NCBI GenBank assembly: GCA_000320545.1 | Contig: ADNK01000506.1 | Coordinates: 124,001 to 188,000 of the forward strand | Reading direction: 5' to 3' | From: Bigelowiella natans CCMP2755 | Lineage: Eukaryota; Protista; Cercozoa | Length of the DNA stretch: 64,000 nt | Part shown: in pieces, positions 1 to 13,282 of the stretch | Numbering within the stretch: the stretch's first letter is position 1 | Layout of the letters: each line of letters starts with the position of its first letter | The notes under the pieces: generated by a model | The model's input: only the letters and a program-made list of their open reading frames with translations | Database searches by the model: none | Told to the model about the DNA's origin: nothing | Made by a program: the position numbers and the translations under genes

Positions 1-468
1 CCTCACATTGGTAGCCTCTACATGCGGTCTCCCGCCATCTTCCTTTTTACATGCTTCGTTTCGTATTCGCAAGTGATCAAGTTTCTGAGAGATAGGGGTG
101 CTAGGCTCTAGTTATTGCTATCAACATTCAATGATTTATTTTTACCCTCATCTCCTCCTGCCGTTCCTGCATCTTGTTGAGGTGATTGTGCCGTCCAACC
201 TTTAGGAAGTTGTAAATATATTAAAAGCAGAAGAACTACAAAAGTACTACGAACCTACATATTTCTCAGGTTTATTCTTCGTTACGTCCTTTTCATCGTC
301 AAAAGGTAGGGTTTGTAGTGGAGGCGCCCCTCGTCGCAGCAGATATCTGCGTTTTCTCTTGTTCGCCGATGAGGTAAAAGTAGTTGCTAACGCTAAGATT
401 GCCAACAAGAGCACTACTTTCTCACAGAAAAATTTCCTATGCTTTCGAGATGGGTAGGATAATGGCAT
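1..468 (-). CDS. 5' part of a spliced gene of unknown function (N-terminal hydrophobic segment; probable membrane or secreted protein), continues beyond the window start
   Basis: ATG at 468 gives MPLSYPSRKHRKFFCEKVVLLLAILALATTFTSS (basic stretch then hydrophobic stretch). Probable GT donor near 258, with further short exons toward position 1. Confidence 0.4.
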
Positions 469-743
469 TTTTGGTGCGTGAAGTCTATGCCCAATTGTTA
501 CTTCTGTCTGTACTCGCCACCATGGCAAAAGATGGTAGTAACAACATTGATGGTTAATGAAGACATGAACTAGCTTAACCGTTGAGTAGTTTCCATCATC
601 ATGATTATCACCCTCTTCATCATCATCGTTCTTCTTTGAGGGGGTCTTCTGCTTGTTTGTGTTTCATCGACACTGTAGCTGCTTGTTACGTACTGTTAAT
701 TTTAACTGTGAATCCTCCATGTCGCACCAAAGAAATCCCACTA

Positions 744-1740
744 AAAACATGGCATTCACGAAACCACTGTGTTGAATTGTGATGGGAAGATTGTGCTCCT
801 GACAACGTTGGCTGCCTGTCCAACTTCATGCCTGGCACGGCTTTTCTCGAGTTCTCACACGAGAGAGTCCTCGTTGTTTTCAGCTCGAGGCACTGCGTTT
901 CGCACTTTGCAAGTGTCATGCAACACTTTGGAAATTTGCTCGATGAACAAAGTTTCTTTCTTTCTTTCTTTCTCTCTTTCTTTCTTTCGATCGTGTGTGA
1001 CTTCGCCGGACGTGAAACAAACCCCCAATTTCACGATCCTTTCAATCGCTCTGATGGAATCACTTCTTTCTTTCTTTCATTTCCGTCAATTGAGGAGGGA
1101 ACGGGTGAGTCAGCGTGTTTTCCAGTGTCTCACGATCCTTTCAACTGCTCCAAATGTGGAAACACCTCTTTCTCTTGATTCTCCGACACGCCAGCACGTG
1201 GTGAGGACGAACACGAACATCGCACATGCTGGCTAGACCGTCGCCGCACGCTTTCCAAGCAATGCGTGCATGCGCGTGTGCTTGATGGTGTCGCACGCAC
1301 GCACACACGCGTGGAGGCTGTGCAGTTGGTCGTGCACACAACCTAGCTAGCTAGACCCACAGCCAGCTAGCCAGGCAAGCGGCATGGATTGACAAGCGCG
1401 CGCAGGCTTCATCGCAAGAAGTCCAGAAGTGACACATCGTGCGTGCTAGCATGACAGCGCCGACAATCTGCCCAGACATGCCGAGGAATCTAGAAGTGTC
1501 CAAGCCAGCTGTGTCGGTCCCGGCATCATCTGCATGCATGCCGCGCGCATGCACATCATGGTCACAGCCACCTGAGGCATGACAAATGCACACAGACTAC
1601 ACGATGAGTCTGGGAGACACATGCTGGCACAAGCATGTCTAGATGTACATGATTTACTGCGCATTTGAGCTCAGCATTGCAGCATGTGATTCGTCGAATG
1701 ACGTGGTGAGGGTCTAGCTAGATGGCTTCAACTGAATTTT
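744..1740. other. TpA-depleted, purine/pyrimidine-alternating intergenic zone
   Basis: No TA dinucleotide between 744 and 1233; 13 TAs in 1234-1740, of which 10 are in CTAG. Confidence 0.9.
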
Positions 1741-1767
1741 CTCAAAAACTAACACATTGTGGGGGAC

Positions 1768-4700
1768 TTATTTGGATTCATCCATCTTGTTTCCGTCATC
1801 GTCTTCAGGCGTGTAGCTGGGGGATGCAGGTGAATATTGAGGGCTAGTTGGGGAATACTGTGGACTGGTGCCAGCGTTTGTTGGAGATGTTGGAGAGTAG
1901 CTCGGCGAAGTAGGGCTATAGCTTGGAGAGGTAGGGCTATAACTTGGAGAGGTTGGACTATAGCTTGGAGAGGTAGGGCTATAACTTGGAGAAGTAGGGC
2001 TATAGCTTGGAGAGGTAGGGCTATAGCTTGGAGAGGTGGGGCTGTAGCTTGGGGAGGTGGGGCTATAGCTTGGGGAAGTAGGGCTATAGCTTGGGGAGGT
2101 GGGGCTATAGCTTGGAGAGGTAGGACTATAGCTTGGCGATGTTGGGCTGTAACTCGGAGAGGTTGGGCTATAGCTTGGGGAGGTAGGGCTATAGCTTGGG
2201 GAGGTAGGGCTATAGCTTGGAGAGGTTGGGCTATAACTTGGCGATGTAGGGCTATAGCTTGGAGAGGTTGGGCTATAACTTGGAGAGGTGGGGCTATAGC
2301 TTGGCGATGTAGGGCTATAGCTAGGAGAGGTAGGGCTATAACTTGGTGAGGTAGGGCTGTAACTTGGAGAAGCAGGAGTGTAGGACGGGGATGCTGGAGT
2401 ATAAGAGGGCGAAGCTGGAGTATATGACGGAGAATCAGGAGTATACGAAGGGGAAGCAGGAGTATTGTTAAATCCTGGAGATGCAGGAGAGAATCCCCCA
2501 GGACTATACGGTCCACTCGGCGATTCAGCACCACCAACCACGGGTGAGAAACTGGCCCGCTGATCCATCGGAGACCATCCCCCATTACTATTTGGAGACC
2601 AGTTGCCACCAGCTCCTCCCCCTCCTGATGAGGGAGTCATAGGGTAGTTAGGTGTTAATCCTCCTCCCATGCCTCCTGCCACCTTTGGAGTCATTCCTGC
2701 TTCCTCATCCAGCAAGAAGTTGTCTTCGATGATTCCATCATCGACATCTTCCACATCAAGGACATTGAGTATATTCTGGTTGAGATACAAGTCAAAGAAC
2801 CCTGTTCCAAGCCTGGGTAGTTTCCCTAGAATGATCGCTTCGGATACCCCAGTCACGTTGTCACGCTGCGAAAAGGCCGCTGCGTCCATGAGAATTTCGA
2901 CGGTTTGTTCGAAAGAGCATCGCATCAAAGGACCCGCATTTGTTTTATTGATTCCATGTCTTGTGATAGGCATCAAACCACCACCATAAGTCATAGTATC
3001 TACCAACATTGACAAATGCCTGTAATTCACGTAGGAACCATCGAACTCAATCACACCTCGCAATTCTTGGAGTAATGACTGTCTAGCCGCCTCAATTCCC
3101 ATTGCCTCAAGCATTTCGATAATGTTATTCGAGAAAGTCCTCGTGTGATCAACGCCTTCGACAGTCATAGCTTCTACTAGTGCGCAGCCTTCTGTCTCAA
3201 GAATCCATTCCTTTGTTGATTTTTTCCCGAAAGAATGAAGTTCTTTATGAGTGGTCGATACTTTATCTATTCCTTTGATTCCACCCAAGTCGATGTTCTC
3301 CATCAGATGTTCTTCAAGTCGCTTCATGAAAAATGCGTCGTCCTCTTCAGTCTCATAATCATCATCTGCTCCTTCGTCGTCTGCACCACCACCACCATCA
3401 CCACTGTATCGTATCTGCATAACCAATCGGTCCCTAATGTTATCAGACCCGTAGTAGCAATATACTTTATCGTCAAAACTAGCCATGATCTTTTGGGCGA
3501 TGTACCGGAAAGTCATGTCCTGCTCGCCTTGGCCCAATTCCATATAAACATCCTTTTTTTGGCTATCAAACTTCAATCGTAGCATCCATGGTGACAAATC
3601 TTCCTCTTTCATGCCGTACTCCCAGTAGTCTGCGAGGAACTCTCTGTCTTCTTCCACGATAGAATCTTTTAGTTGCTTGTTAGGTTCGTAGTACATCTCA
3701 ACTTTTTCAACTAAATCTTTCAAGCGTAGATATTCCATCTTCCTCCAAATGGCCATGGCCCTTTGCTCTTCTTCAGCGTATTCTCCTTTTAAGAAAATCG
3801 TTAAAGAAGGGGTTTTGATGTTTTTTGCGACGCCAATAATCTCTTTCAATCGAGGCACACCAAGGGTTACGTTCTTCTTGGACACACCAGCTGCATGAAA
3901 AGTGTTCAAAGTCATCTGTGTTGCTGGTTCTCCAATAGATTGGGCTGCGAGAGATCCCACCATCTCTCCAGGACTAGCAATAGACTGAAGGAACTTATTT
4001 TCTATCATACTGATTAACCATTCGAGCGAATCTTTGGTAAGTTTATGTTCTTTCAACACTCGTTTTGATGCCAGTGTTGCTCGCAAGTGCATTTTGAAGA
4101 GTAGAGTCGCATTTTCCTGCACCTCACGGGATATAGAATCCTTGGGAGCGGTTGAGAATATTCTTATCTTAGAGCATAGACCCGCCACTTGATTTACAAC
4201 GTCTTCAGGATTGAGATCAGTCTTGAGGAGATCATTTTTGGCACTGTTCTTGGCATCCAAGAACCCCCTTTTCCCTACTCCAAACTTTTCTTGTGCGATC
4301 CAAATCAGACGCTTCAGGTTCACTGGGAGGTACACAGAATTCTCCCCCGCAGGTAGAATCCCCCACTGGCGAAGGCGTGTCCTATCCATCGACAGCTGCT
4401 TGAACTCATCAGCAAGAGCTTTGATTGCTGACGGCCCTATCTTCTCCTTCGTGCCAGAAGGCAATAACTCGTTGAGCTGTTCTTCGTTCTTTGCATCAAG
4501 ATGGTATTTCTTTCGGAATTGTTCATCGTCCAAGTTGACAGAATCAATCTTTTGTTTTTCAATCCTTTGACCGTCTAGTCCATCCTCCCCGTAGCAAAAC
4601 TGTATGATGTCACCGTGTGAAGTACGAACAGTGTTGTCGTATTGCAAGGTAATATCCTCCATAGACTTGACCAGACGCCGCTGAATGTAACCCGTTTCAG

Positions 4701-7542
4701 CTGTCTTACAAGCTGTATCAATCACTCCTTCTCTTCCACCCATAGCATGGAACAAGAACTCCTGTGGCGTGAGGCCTTTAAGATAAGAGTTTTCTACAAA
4801 TCCGTTAGCTTCTGGTCCCAGGTCTCCCTTCTGAAAGTGCGGCAGGGTTCGATCTCGGAATCCATTAGGAATCCGCTTTCCACACACGTTTTGCTGCCCA
4901 ACACAAGCGATAATCTGACTGAGGTTCATATTGTTCCCCTTGGATCCAGCCTTCACCATAGTATTGATATTGTTTCGTCTTTTCAGGCTTTTTCTAACCT
5001 CCTCCCCTAAAATAGAATAGATTATATGATGAGGATCTTTTGCAGTGATGATGATGATGATGATGATACAAGTGGTATTTAACAAAACTCTCATATTAAA
5101 AGCAGTAGCAGCGCGTTACCAGCTTTGTCGATAGTATTATTGAGTGTTGCATTGACGTCCTTCTCGAAAGTCTCCACAATGGTCTTTCCAGGCTGTCGCT
5201 CGATCTCACCCCTTTGTGCAGTCTTGATCAACTCACGAACTTTAACCTTAGCACTCTTAATTATCTTCTTGATTTTCTTCATGGTTTCCGCAGGAGCAAC
5301 TGTATCTTCAATTCCTACCGTGTGACTGGTTTCCATGAGCCAATAGTTGACAACCCTTTGCACCTCACCGACAAAACGTTTTGTTTCTTGGGGTCCACAA
5401 TCCAGCCATACTGTGTGTATCAGGCCTCCTGCTTTGGATCCCATTGTCGACTTGTCAAGATTTCCAGTCAAAAGCTGCCCTTGGACTATTTTCACAATCT
5501 GGTCGTTTGCTGACATAAACGTATCACCATCTTCAGCCCCGTTCGCTTTCTTCCAAAGATTCACCTTTGGAATGATCAATGACATGAGTTGTTTCCCTGT
5601 CCATAAAGGCCCTGGCTTCATTATTGCAGGCTTGGGAATGTTGCCATCGAAGGAATCCATATACATCAGCAAGTTAAAAAATCTTGCTTTTGTGATAAAG
5701 CTGTCCTTGAACGTCATCTTATGCAGAGCTAAAAGAGAGTCTTGAATGATTCCCATCACCGGCCTATTGGACTGTGGAGTCACAACTTGCCACGGGGTAA
5801 GCATTATCTCTTGGGCTTCTGCTCGAGCTTGGTGTGATTGTGGCACATGAAGGTTCATTTCATCGCCATCAAAGTCAGCGTTATATGGAGATGTACACAT
5901 CAAGTTCATCCTAAAGGTAGAGTATGGAAGCACTTTCACCCTATGAGCCATGATACTCATTTTATGAAGTGACGGCTGTCGATTGAATAAGACAAGATCG
6001 CCATCACATAATTGCCTTTCTACTATATCTCCCTTCTCTAAGGTCACGTCAGAGAGCTTAGGGACTTCCGACAGGTCAAGCCGAACACCTTGAGAGTTGG
6101 TGACATATTTTGCGCCCGGGTGTATGTGCGGTCCATTGCTGACGAGCTCTCGCAATTTAGCTATGTTGAATCGGTTAACAACCTCATCGAAAGTCAGGTT
6201 CATGGCAATTGATCTTGGTACACCAACCTGATCGATTTCTAGGTTTGGATCAGCGGTAATTACGGTACGGGCAGAAAAGTCACATCGCTTTCCCATAAGA
6301 TTTTGTCTGACTCTCCCTGCTTTTCCTACGAGACGCTGCCGAATGGACTTAATTGGTTTTCCAGACTTCTGCATTGCTTGGGGATATCCGGCTATCTCAT
6401 TGTCAAAGAGTGTCGCTACGTGATATTGGAGCATATTTACTAGATTGTCCACAACATGTTGAGGGGCTCCTTGTTCAGATTGCCTTTTGATGGCATTATT
6501 TGCCTTTACTATATCGGCCAGCTTATATGTTAGGTCGTCACTACTGCTATTGGCGCCATCAAACTTTACAGATGGTCGTACTGCAGGTGGGGGGACAGGG
6601 AGTACAGTGAGAACAAAACAGTGAGGGCTCGCAAATTCTGTATCAAATCCAAGAAGTCTTGCGTCTTGATTCGATATTTTCCTGAGAACTTCGTAGATCT
6701 TCTTCGCACTTAATTTTCTCTTTGGATCCCCTTGTAGGTCGACATCCGGTGGAAATTCAGCGTGAATTTCAATATTTCTTCTTGTGTACTTCGGCATTGT
6801 ACTTCCACAGCCCATGCTCGCCATCTTACTCTGTTAAGGAAAAACTGAATCAGAGATCATCAACCGTGTACCAAAGACCAAGAGCGTTTACCTTGCCGTT
6901 AAAATCATGGTCGTCTCCTCCTCCTCCGCCACCCTTGCATTTTTTCTTATTCTGACACTCGTGGAGAATTTGACGAAGACGCTCCATGGGTTTGTGCTTA
7001 TACTTTTGATATATCTTGTTTGCCTTCGGACCTCTCTGAATATTATCGATCGGAATATACTGTTAAATCAGGGCATACATACATTACATACATTCATAAA
7101 TTCTTTTTGTCTTTTCTTTTACCGGATCAATCAATAGCCGAGAGCAGTTAAAGCAGACACAGCGTAAAATCTGATGGACCCGTTTCACAAATCCAACGTG
7201 GAGTACAGGTTCTGCTAGTTCTATGTGACCAAAGTGTCCCGGGCATTGTTCCTTTGTCATTGAGCACGATTCAGCCTTACACCTAAAACCTGGACTCGTC
7301 GTCCCCATTCTTTGATCCAAAAGCCCACCCTCCTTCGGAATCCCATGCTCTTCCAGTATTGGAGAAGTTATTTCACACACGGACATCCTCCTCTGTTAAA
7401 CACATAGAGCACATAAATTTAGCCAAACCATCACCGCATTTGAAAGCTCCTGAAAACTTACAATCTCCTCCGGTGTGAACACCCCAAACTGGACCATTTT
7501 GACTTTCTTGACCGCCACATCTGAGTCGAACCGGCCCGCCAT
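1768..7542 (-). CDS. RPB1: RNA polymerase II largest subunit (spliced, about 5 exons)
   Basis: Start [20 protein letters not shown] at 7542; zinc motif [11 protein letters not shown]; catalytic [11 protein letters not shown]; [13 protein letters not shown]; C-terminal YSPTSPS heptads. GT-AG introns near 7393-7461, 7061-7122, 6831-6891 and 5007-5119. Confidence 0.99.
1810..2470 (-). repeat. RPB1 CTD heptapeptide array (21-bp units)
   Basis: 23 consecutive YSPTSP(S/T) units (Tyr codons from 2361 down to 1897), flanked by YTPASPS and YSPTSPQ variants. Confidence 0.98.
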
Positions 7543-7871
7543 TCTTTAGCGAGCAGACGGACGGCGAGAGAAGAGGCGGTTGAGAACTGAAGCTCGCACT
7601 GCCTGCAACAGATGATGCGAAGATAAAATGCATGAATAATTTGTCGCATTAAATTTCCAACGAAAAGGCATTGGATTTCTTATTATGCGACAAGAAGGTA
7701 ATCAGAGCTGCGAGAGAGAATCTCCGGATCATCTCTGACGCTCCAACAATTCAAATAGTAGGGCGTTTGTATTTGCTCGAGGGAGCACATGCCCTGCCAT
7801 GGGTGCATTCCAATCGGAAGCTTGCAGTCCTTTCCATCACAGCCGCAGGGATTCTGAGGATATCAAGGAAG

Positions 7872-8079
7872 ATGAAGATCGCCAGGAAGAAAGGGATACA
7901 CAGCACCAAGAGGCGTCAGCGAAAAGAGATCGTCATACCAAGTAAAGATTTAGGGATGATAATTATGTTTTCGCAGTCCTGTAAGCGCAAGCTGAATTTA
8001 TGATTTACCGATAAACTCGATAATTAATACACACACACACACACGCACGCACGCACGCACGCATGCGCGCACACGCAAA

Positions 8080-8124
<45 letters not shown>

Positions 8125-10633
8125 ACTCTGCAAAAGGTTCGTTGACATAATCGTGGGGGGAAACAATGAAAAGCAGCAGCTGATAGAGGGACATCGGCGT
8201 CAAGTTTCATACAGCAACGAACTTCTGCCGCAACATGCTGTCCATCAGAAGCAAGCGCTGCACAATGAAAGTATGCACTACGATAAAAAAGTGTACGAGT
8301 ACTCTAATGAAGAAGTGCAGACTGATCACGGAAAAACGAGGGGAGGGAAAGCTGCAAGACTCGCCCAAATTGAAGAATCGGTTATGTTCCAGACAAATAA
8401 TCTAGCCACCGAGCACCAAAAATTTGTGAAGCGGCGAGATAAGAATCTCAACCTGATGGTTGGAGATAGTAGAGCACGGGGATGGGAAGAAAACACATCA
8501 CATGTAGGTGATGGGAGCAGTAAGGCGAAGGCCAAAAAACTACTCAGACTTCTCAGAAAGTTAATGAGAGATACAGAAAGTAATGACGGCAATGGCCCTC
8601 CAAAATCCATAATAACTACGCGGCAACCAGTCAGCATTAATCCCGATCATAATGATCAAGGTGACAATGATGCAAAGACTGATATTCGAAAAAAGGAGTT
8701 GAAAGACAATGATAATAAAAACAATAAGAACTCCAAGAACGACGACAACGATAATGACAATCGGGATGAAGACGTTGATGATGATGACATTATACGCGCC
8801 TCCGGTACCAAAAGCAAGAGTTTAAAGGAGCGTAAACACGAATTGGCTGCTTCGACAGCGGCAGCTAAGGACGATCCAAAGAGCAAGAAGAAGGGCTCCC
8901 TAATAGCAGACTTCGAGAAGCGGAAGATACATTTAGAAATCGCTGTAGGAGGGCTGTTGAGTCTCTACAGCGGGCAGGAGATTAAGGCAGATGGCGATAA
9001 CATGGTATCGTGGCAAACACACAACCCGCATGGTGAAACGAACTACGTGCTCAAGATTGTGCAGCTACCACAAGGATCTTGGGAGTTGAGTCACGGTAAA
9101 TCCATTGCGAACAGCGAGCAGAAGATCAGGACCAAAAAGAACCCTGAATTCAGCTTCTCTTTGGATCTAGATGCATTCAACCCTGGGTTCAACTGTCCTG
9201 TGATCGTCAGGGTCACGGGCAGGCACTTGGAGCTGGGAGTGGTGTTTGGCAGTCTCAGCGAAATGCTGACACTTAAACCCCAAACACGCATCTTCCTGCT
9301 CGATGAGTCGGGCATTCAAGATGTGCTCAAGCAGAACAAACCAACACCTGCAGCAGGGAATAAAAGGAGGGGTGGCACCCCCGCGGAAGCTGGTCAAGGA
9401 CCGCGGTTGATCCAGGTAGAGTCTACTATCCAGCTGCAAGCACAGAACATATCGTCAAAACCAAAGAGACGGGCTTGGAAGCTCCAAGACACTGAAAAAG
9501 TGCTCAATGCCTCAGAAGAGACGTACGAGAAGGCAATCAGCAAGGGATGGTTTCTCTTCCGTAAAGTTGAAGTTGAGAACCTCCAGATATGTGTCGATAT
9601 GGACACCGAGAGTATAGACAAGATACGAAAACACGGAGTCAAAGGATTCTGCAGGGGGCGGGAGATGGAATACGTTGAATATGTTAGCAGGGGAATAGAC
9701 CAAAGGCGTATACACGAGGTAATAAGAGTAGTAGTAGTAGCAGCAGCAGCAGCAGTAGTAATATATCATCGTTAGTATTATATCAGCGTGTAAGCAAGGA
9801 TAGTGGCGCTGCCAGTGGCGGCGGTGGTGGTATTAATTTTATTTAACCACAAGAAAAGGAGAAGGAGGAGGAGGAGGAGGAGGAGGAGGAAGCAAAGAAG
9901 AAAAATTTCTACTCTTTTTTTTAAAAAAATAGCATTGTAAAAATGGATGATTGACAAAATTGAAAGAATTGTAGGAGATTTTTTCCTGTTACTCCTCTCT
10001 AAATGTTGCGCATCTACCCTGATGACGATGATATTATTAATAATTACAATTTTAGCTCTATGCGGGGCTTTATTCTAGCATCAGGTCTGGCGACAACTAC
10101 CATATCGCAGATGCAGTCGCTGCATGCTATGAATGGCTTCCCGAGAGAACGTTTCAATCGGTGCAGGAGAGCCTTGAGTCTCAAAGCGAAAAGACTATAA
10201 TCGAGCGACAGAGCTCTATCAAGGGAAAATTCCGCCTATTCAAGATTCGAGTTGAGGACGAGGATGCGCCGCTGGAGATTTTTAAAACGATCAAAGAAAT
10301 GAGGAACCTTGAGATAATCGTAGATGACAGAGTTCGGGTTAAGGCTGATGCAAAGCAGAACAACTACTACACGTTCAAGCTACCTGAGGTTGATATCCTT
10401 GATGCGCATACGTCGGGAGACCCGCTCAGCTTCAGACTGAGAGAGACGCTCACGCACTTCCCTTGTGGAAGTTGCAATGTGGCGGCCGAAGGCCTTCAAT
10501 CTGGCCTAAGGCAAGCAACAAGCCACAACTATTCACTCATAAATCATGTCATTCCAACGCCTTTTATTATCTACGGTGTAGACCAATTTTTTGGTACATT
10601 ATCATGTCGTCATATAATAGTGTGTATAGCATG

Positions 10634-10675
<42 letters not shown>

Positions 10676-10961
10676 TATTTATTTATAAACATGTGTGGAT
10701 ATTGACAGCAAACCATTAGTATTCTAACAGAATAGTACTATTCCGCTCTTTCAGTGAAAGTGTGCCTCTTCTCATCGTTTTCCTTCCAATTTTTCTTGTA
10801 CCCAAACAAACACATTTGATAGGGTGAATCTAGAGATTAGCGCGGAGCTACTGGGCCAGATCTTACCAGCAGCACAAAGCAACCGCTTGAAAAGAGACGT
10901 GCACCCATACCGTTTAGTGTTTGAGGAGGTCAAGGAAGTAGACGAAAATTCCCAACTTTAG
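7872..10961 (+). CDS. Hypothetical protein (spliced), with an acidic/Asn-rich region and a beta-strand-rich central region; divergent from RPB1
   Basis: Long open exon ~8138-9718 with coding-like composition; further exons ~10055-10510 and 10823-10961 (ends ENSQL*). No recognisable catalytic motif. Confidence 0.65.
10637..10668. repeat. (TA)n microsatellite in an intron; representative of many intronic SSRs
   Basis: Perfect TA run. Similar runs at ~20064-20093, 32230-32261, 40420-40457, 40744-40772, 59762-59794 and 60785-60812. Confidence 0.95.
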
Positions 10962-11654
10962 AACGACTATGCAAAATGAAAGGTTTCAGAGCATCGCTTC
11001 ATTATCGATGATGATGATGATTATGATGATGTACAAAATGCTTTGGTGACAACATGCGTATGATAATGCGTTAGCAACAATTTTTATTGCTCTTTATGGT
11101 CGTATCAAATATGACATCCACATTAGCTGGCGGGAAGACATTCGCAGCGCTGCATGCTCGCGCGACGGCAATCAACATGCGCGAATTAGTAAATAGCTAC
11201 TTGTTAGAACGATGTGCGCATGTACGTAGTAGATACGATAATCGAAACGAATGTCGGCGCTATAACATGAGATAGATGTAAGGGTATATGAATAAATATT
11301 TTCACTAGGCATCCTAATGTAATAACATTGCACGATGTGTGTTGCAGCATCATCGGCGATATTATACTATGGTCGCTACGTACATTCTCGACATCGACTG
11401 CTATGCATTGCACTGCAAGCATCATAACATTCAATCTAATATTATTTCAATCTGCTTTAAACAAGTTGTATTTATTGTATTTTTTAAAACGTGCATAACT
11501 GAGTAGTGTTAACTGTAGTACTTTGTTCGTTTTCATTGCATCAAATTTCTACTGCTGCAGCGCTGCATGTAAATTCATTTCATCATTGCACCAAGCCGTG
11601 CGATATAAACAATAGCCAGTGAATGCTGCAGCTGAGCTGCATAACACATCATCA

Positions 11655-12100
11655 TCATACCGGGCTAATTCTGTGCATATATTCCTCCGCGACACGTCTC
11701 ATCCACATCTCCGCCAGCTTTGTGTACCTCCAAGATGCAGCTTCTGAATCGTTCTGCGAACTCGAAATCTGGTGAGAATTCAACCTATTGACAGTGGAGA
11801 TATTATACTCATCAAGAGTGATTTTCATCGCTGTTGCTGTGTTCATCAGCTATAGCTTGTTTAATGCCGGATGGCATAGCATATCAACGTGAGAATGTTG
11901 GGGAGAGACAGGTGGGCTACATGGACGACGACGACGACGACGACGACGCGTAAGAACAAACGTGCTTACTTTCTGCAGTTCTAGGGGATCACGCGGCCAA
12001 TTTACTCTTTTTTTAATATCAGAAATAGTATCAGGTGTGTTTGCACACTACGTACAACGCAAGTGCGTCACAAAATACACTAAAAATGTACTAACACACA

Positions 12101-12138
<38 letters not shown>

Positions 12139-13246
12139 TTATATAGAAATCTTCTAAATTTACACATGATCAGAAATGATCGATCGAACAAGTACAAGTC
12201 TCCAGTCTGCTACTACGAAAGGCAATGATTCACTGATGCGCAACAAACTACAACTACTCGTGCTCTAAAGCCTTGCCACTAAACGGATATCCCAAGGTGT
12301 CGTTTCCTAAATTGTGATGAGAATGATGGAGAAGCGGGGGATAATAATGTCAATAGAACCCAAAGCGGCTGTAGTCGTCAGGGTAGATCATTTGATGAGC
12401 GTGAGCAGCGAAAATAATAAAGGAAGACAATCTATTCTTATATCAGGAGGAGCACGGTGTAGAAAGAATTATTCGTTACTTTTTGCCACGTCACTATTAA
12501 CCCAGCCTTCCGAGAAATGTACGAGGTAAAGCTGACGATAACAACAATCATGCAGAGATGATGTTGATGATGATGATGATGACGACGACGACGACGATGA
12601 TGATGATGATGATGATGATAATAATGATAACGATGACTCACAAATACGAGGACGATGGTGCGAAAATTATGACCATAATGATGCAACAAATTGCATTCTA
12701 CTATCCTAGCACCTCATCAGGGTCAAAGAACTGGTAGTTCGCTTCATCGCCGAGAGTTTCATTACTAAAGCGGAGAACAATGCCGTAAGTTTTAGCCAGA
12801 ATAACAACATCAGAAATATATTCCCTTTCCTTTTCTGGGTAAAGCATAATGGCGTGGGGTTATCTCTACATCGTTGCTGAGAGACAAAGACTGGGGGGGG
12901 AGGGGAGGGCATAAGCTGCCTGTACCACCTGTGGTGATGGCCTTGTCGCCGTTGACTGTTGTTCAGCGCAACTCCGCCATCAGCATTAAGCATTTTCCAG
13001 CGCATCTTTCACAACCAAAGCAAGGAGAATCAGAATGCAATTCGTTTCTTCTGATCCAGTGTGTGTCCCTTACTCTTCTTGCCCCCCCCTCTCATCTTTC
13101 GCATTCTACTACTCTGATGTTCGAGATGATGATGCTGCTGTATATCTGTTACAGGGCGGATGATGCCTTCAAAAGGTTGCTGATCTGCGTACGTCTTCCC
13201 GTCGTCATCAGCCTTAAACATTAAATAGTAGTCGCAAGAGTAGTAA

Positions 13247-13282
<36 letters not shown>

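Noticed and set aside
769-1664. Several overlapping ORFs (155, 116, 80 aa, etc.)
   Set aside because: TA-free DNA cannot contain TAA/TAG stops, so ORFs arise by default; the translations are low-complexity Cys/His/Ala/Met-rich.
1749-2609. 286-aa (-) and 170-aa (+) repetitive ORFs; 21-bp periodic array resembling a CRISPR or minisatellite
   Set aside because: These are alternative frames of the RPB1 CTD heptads; there are no unique spacers.
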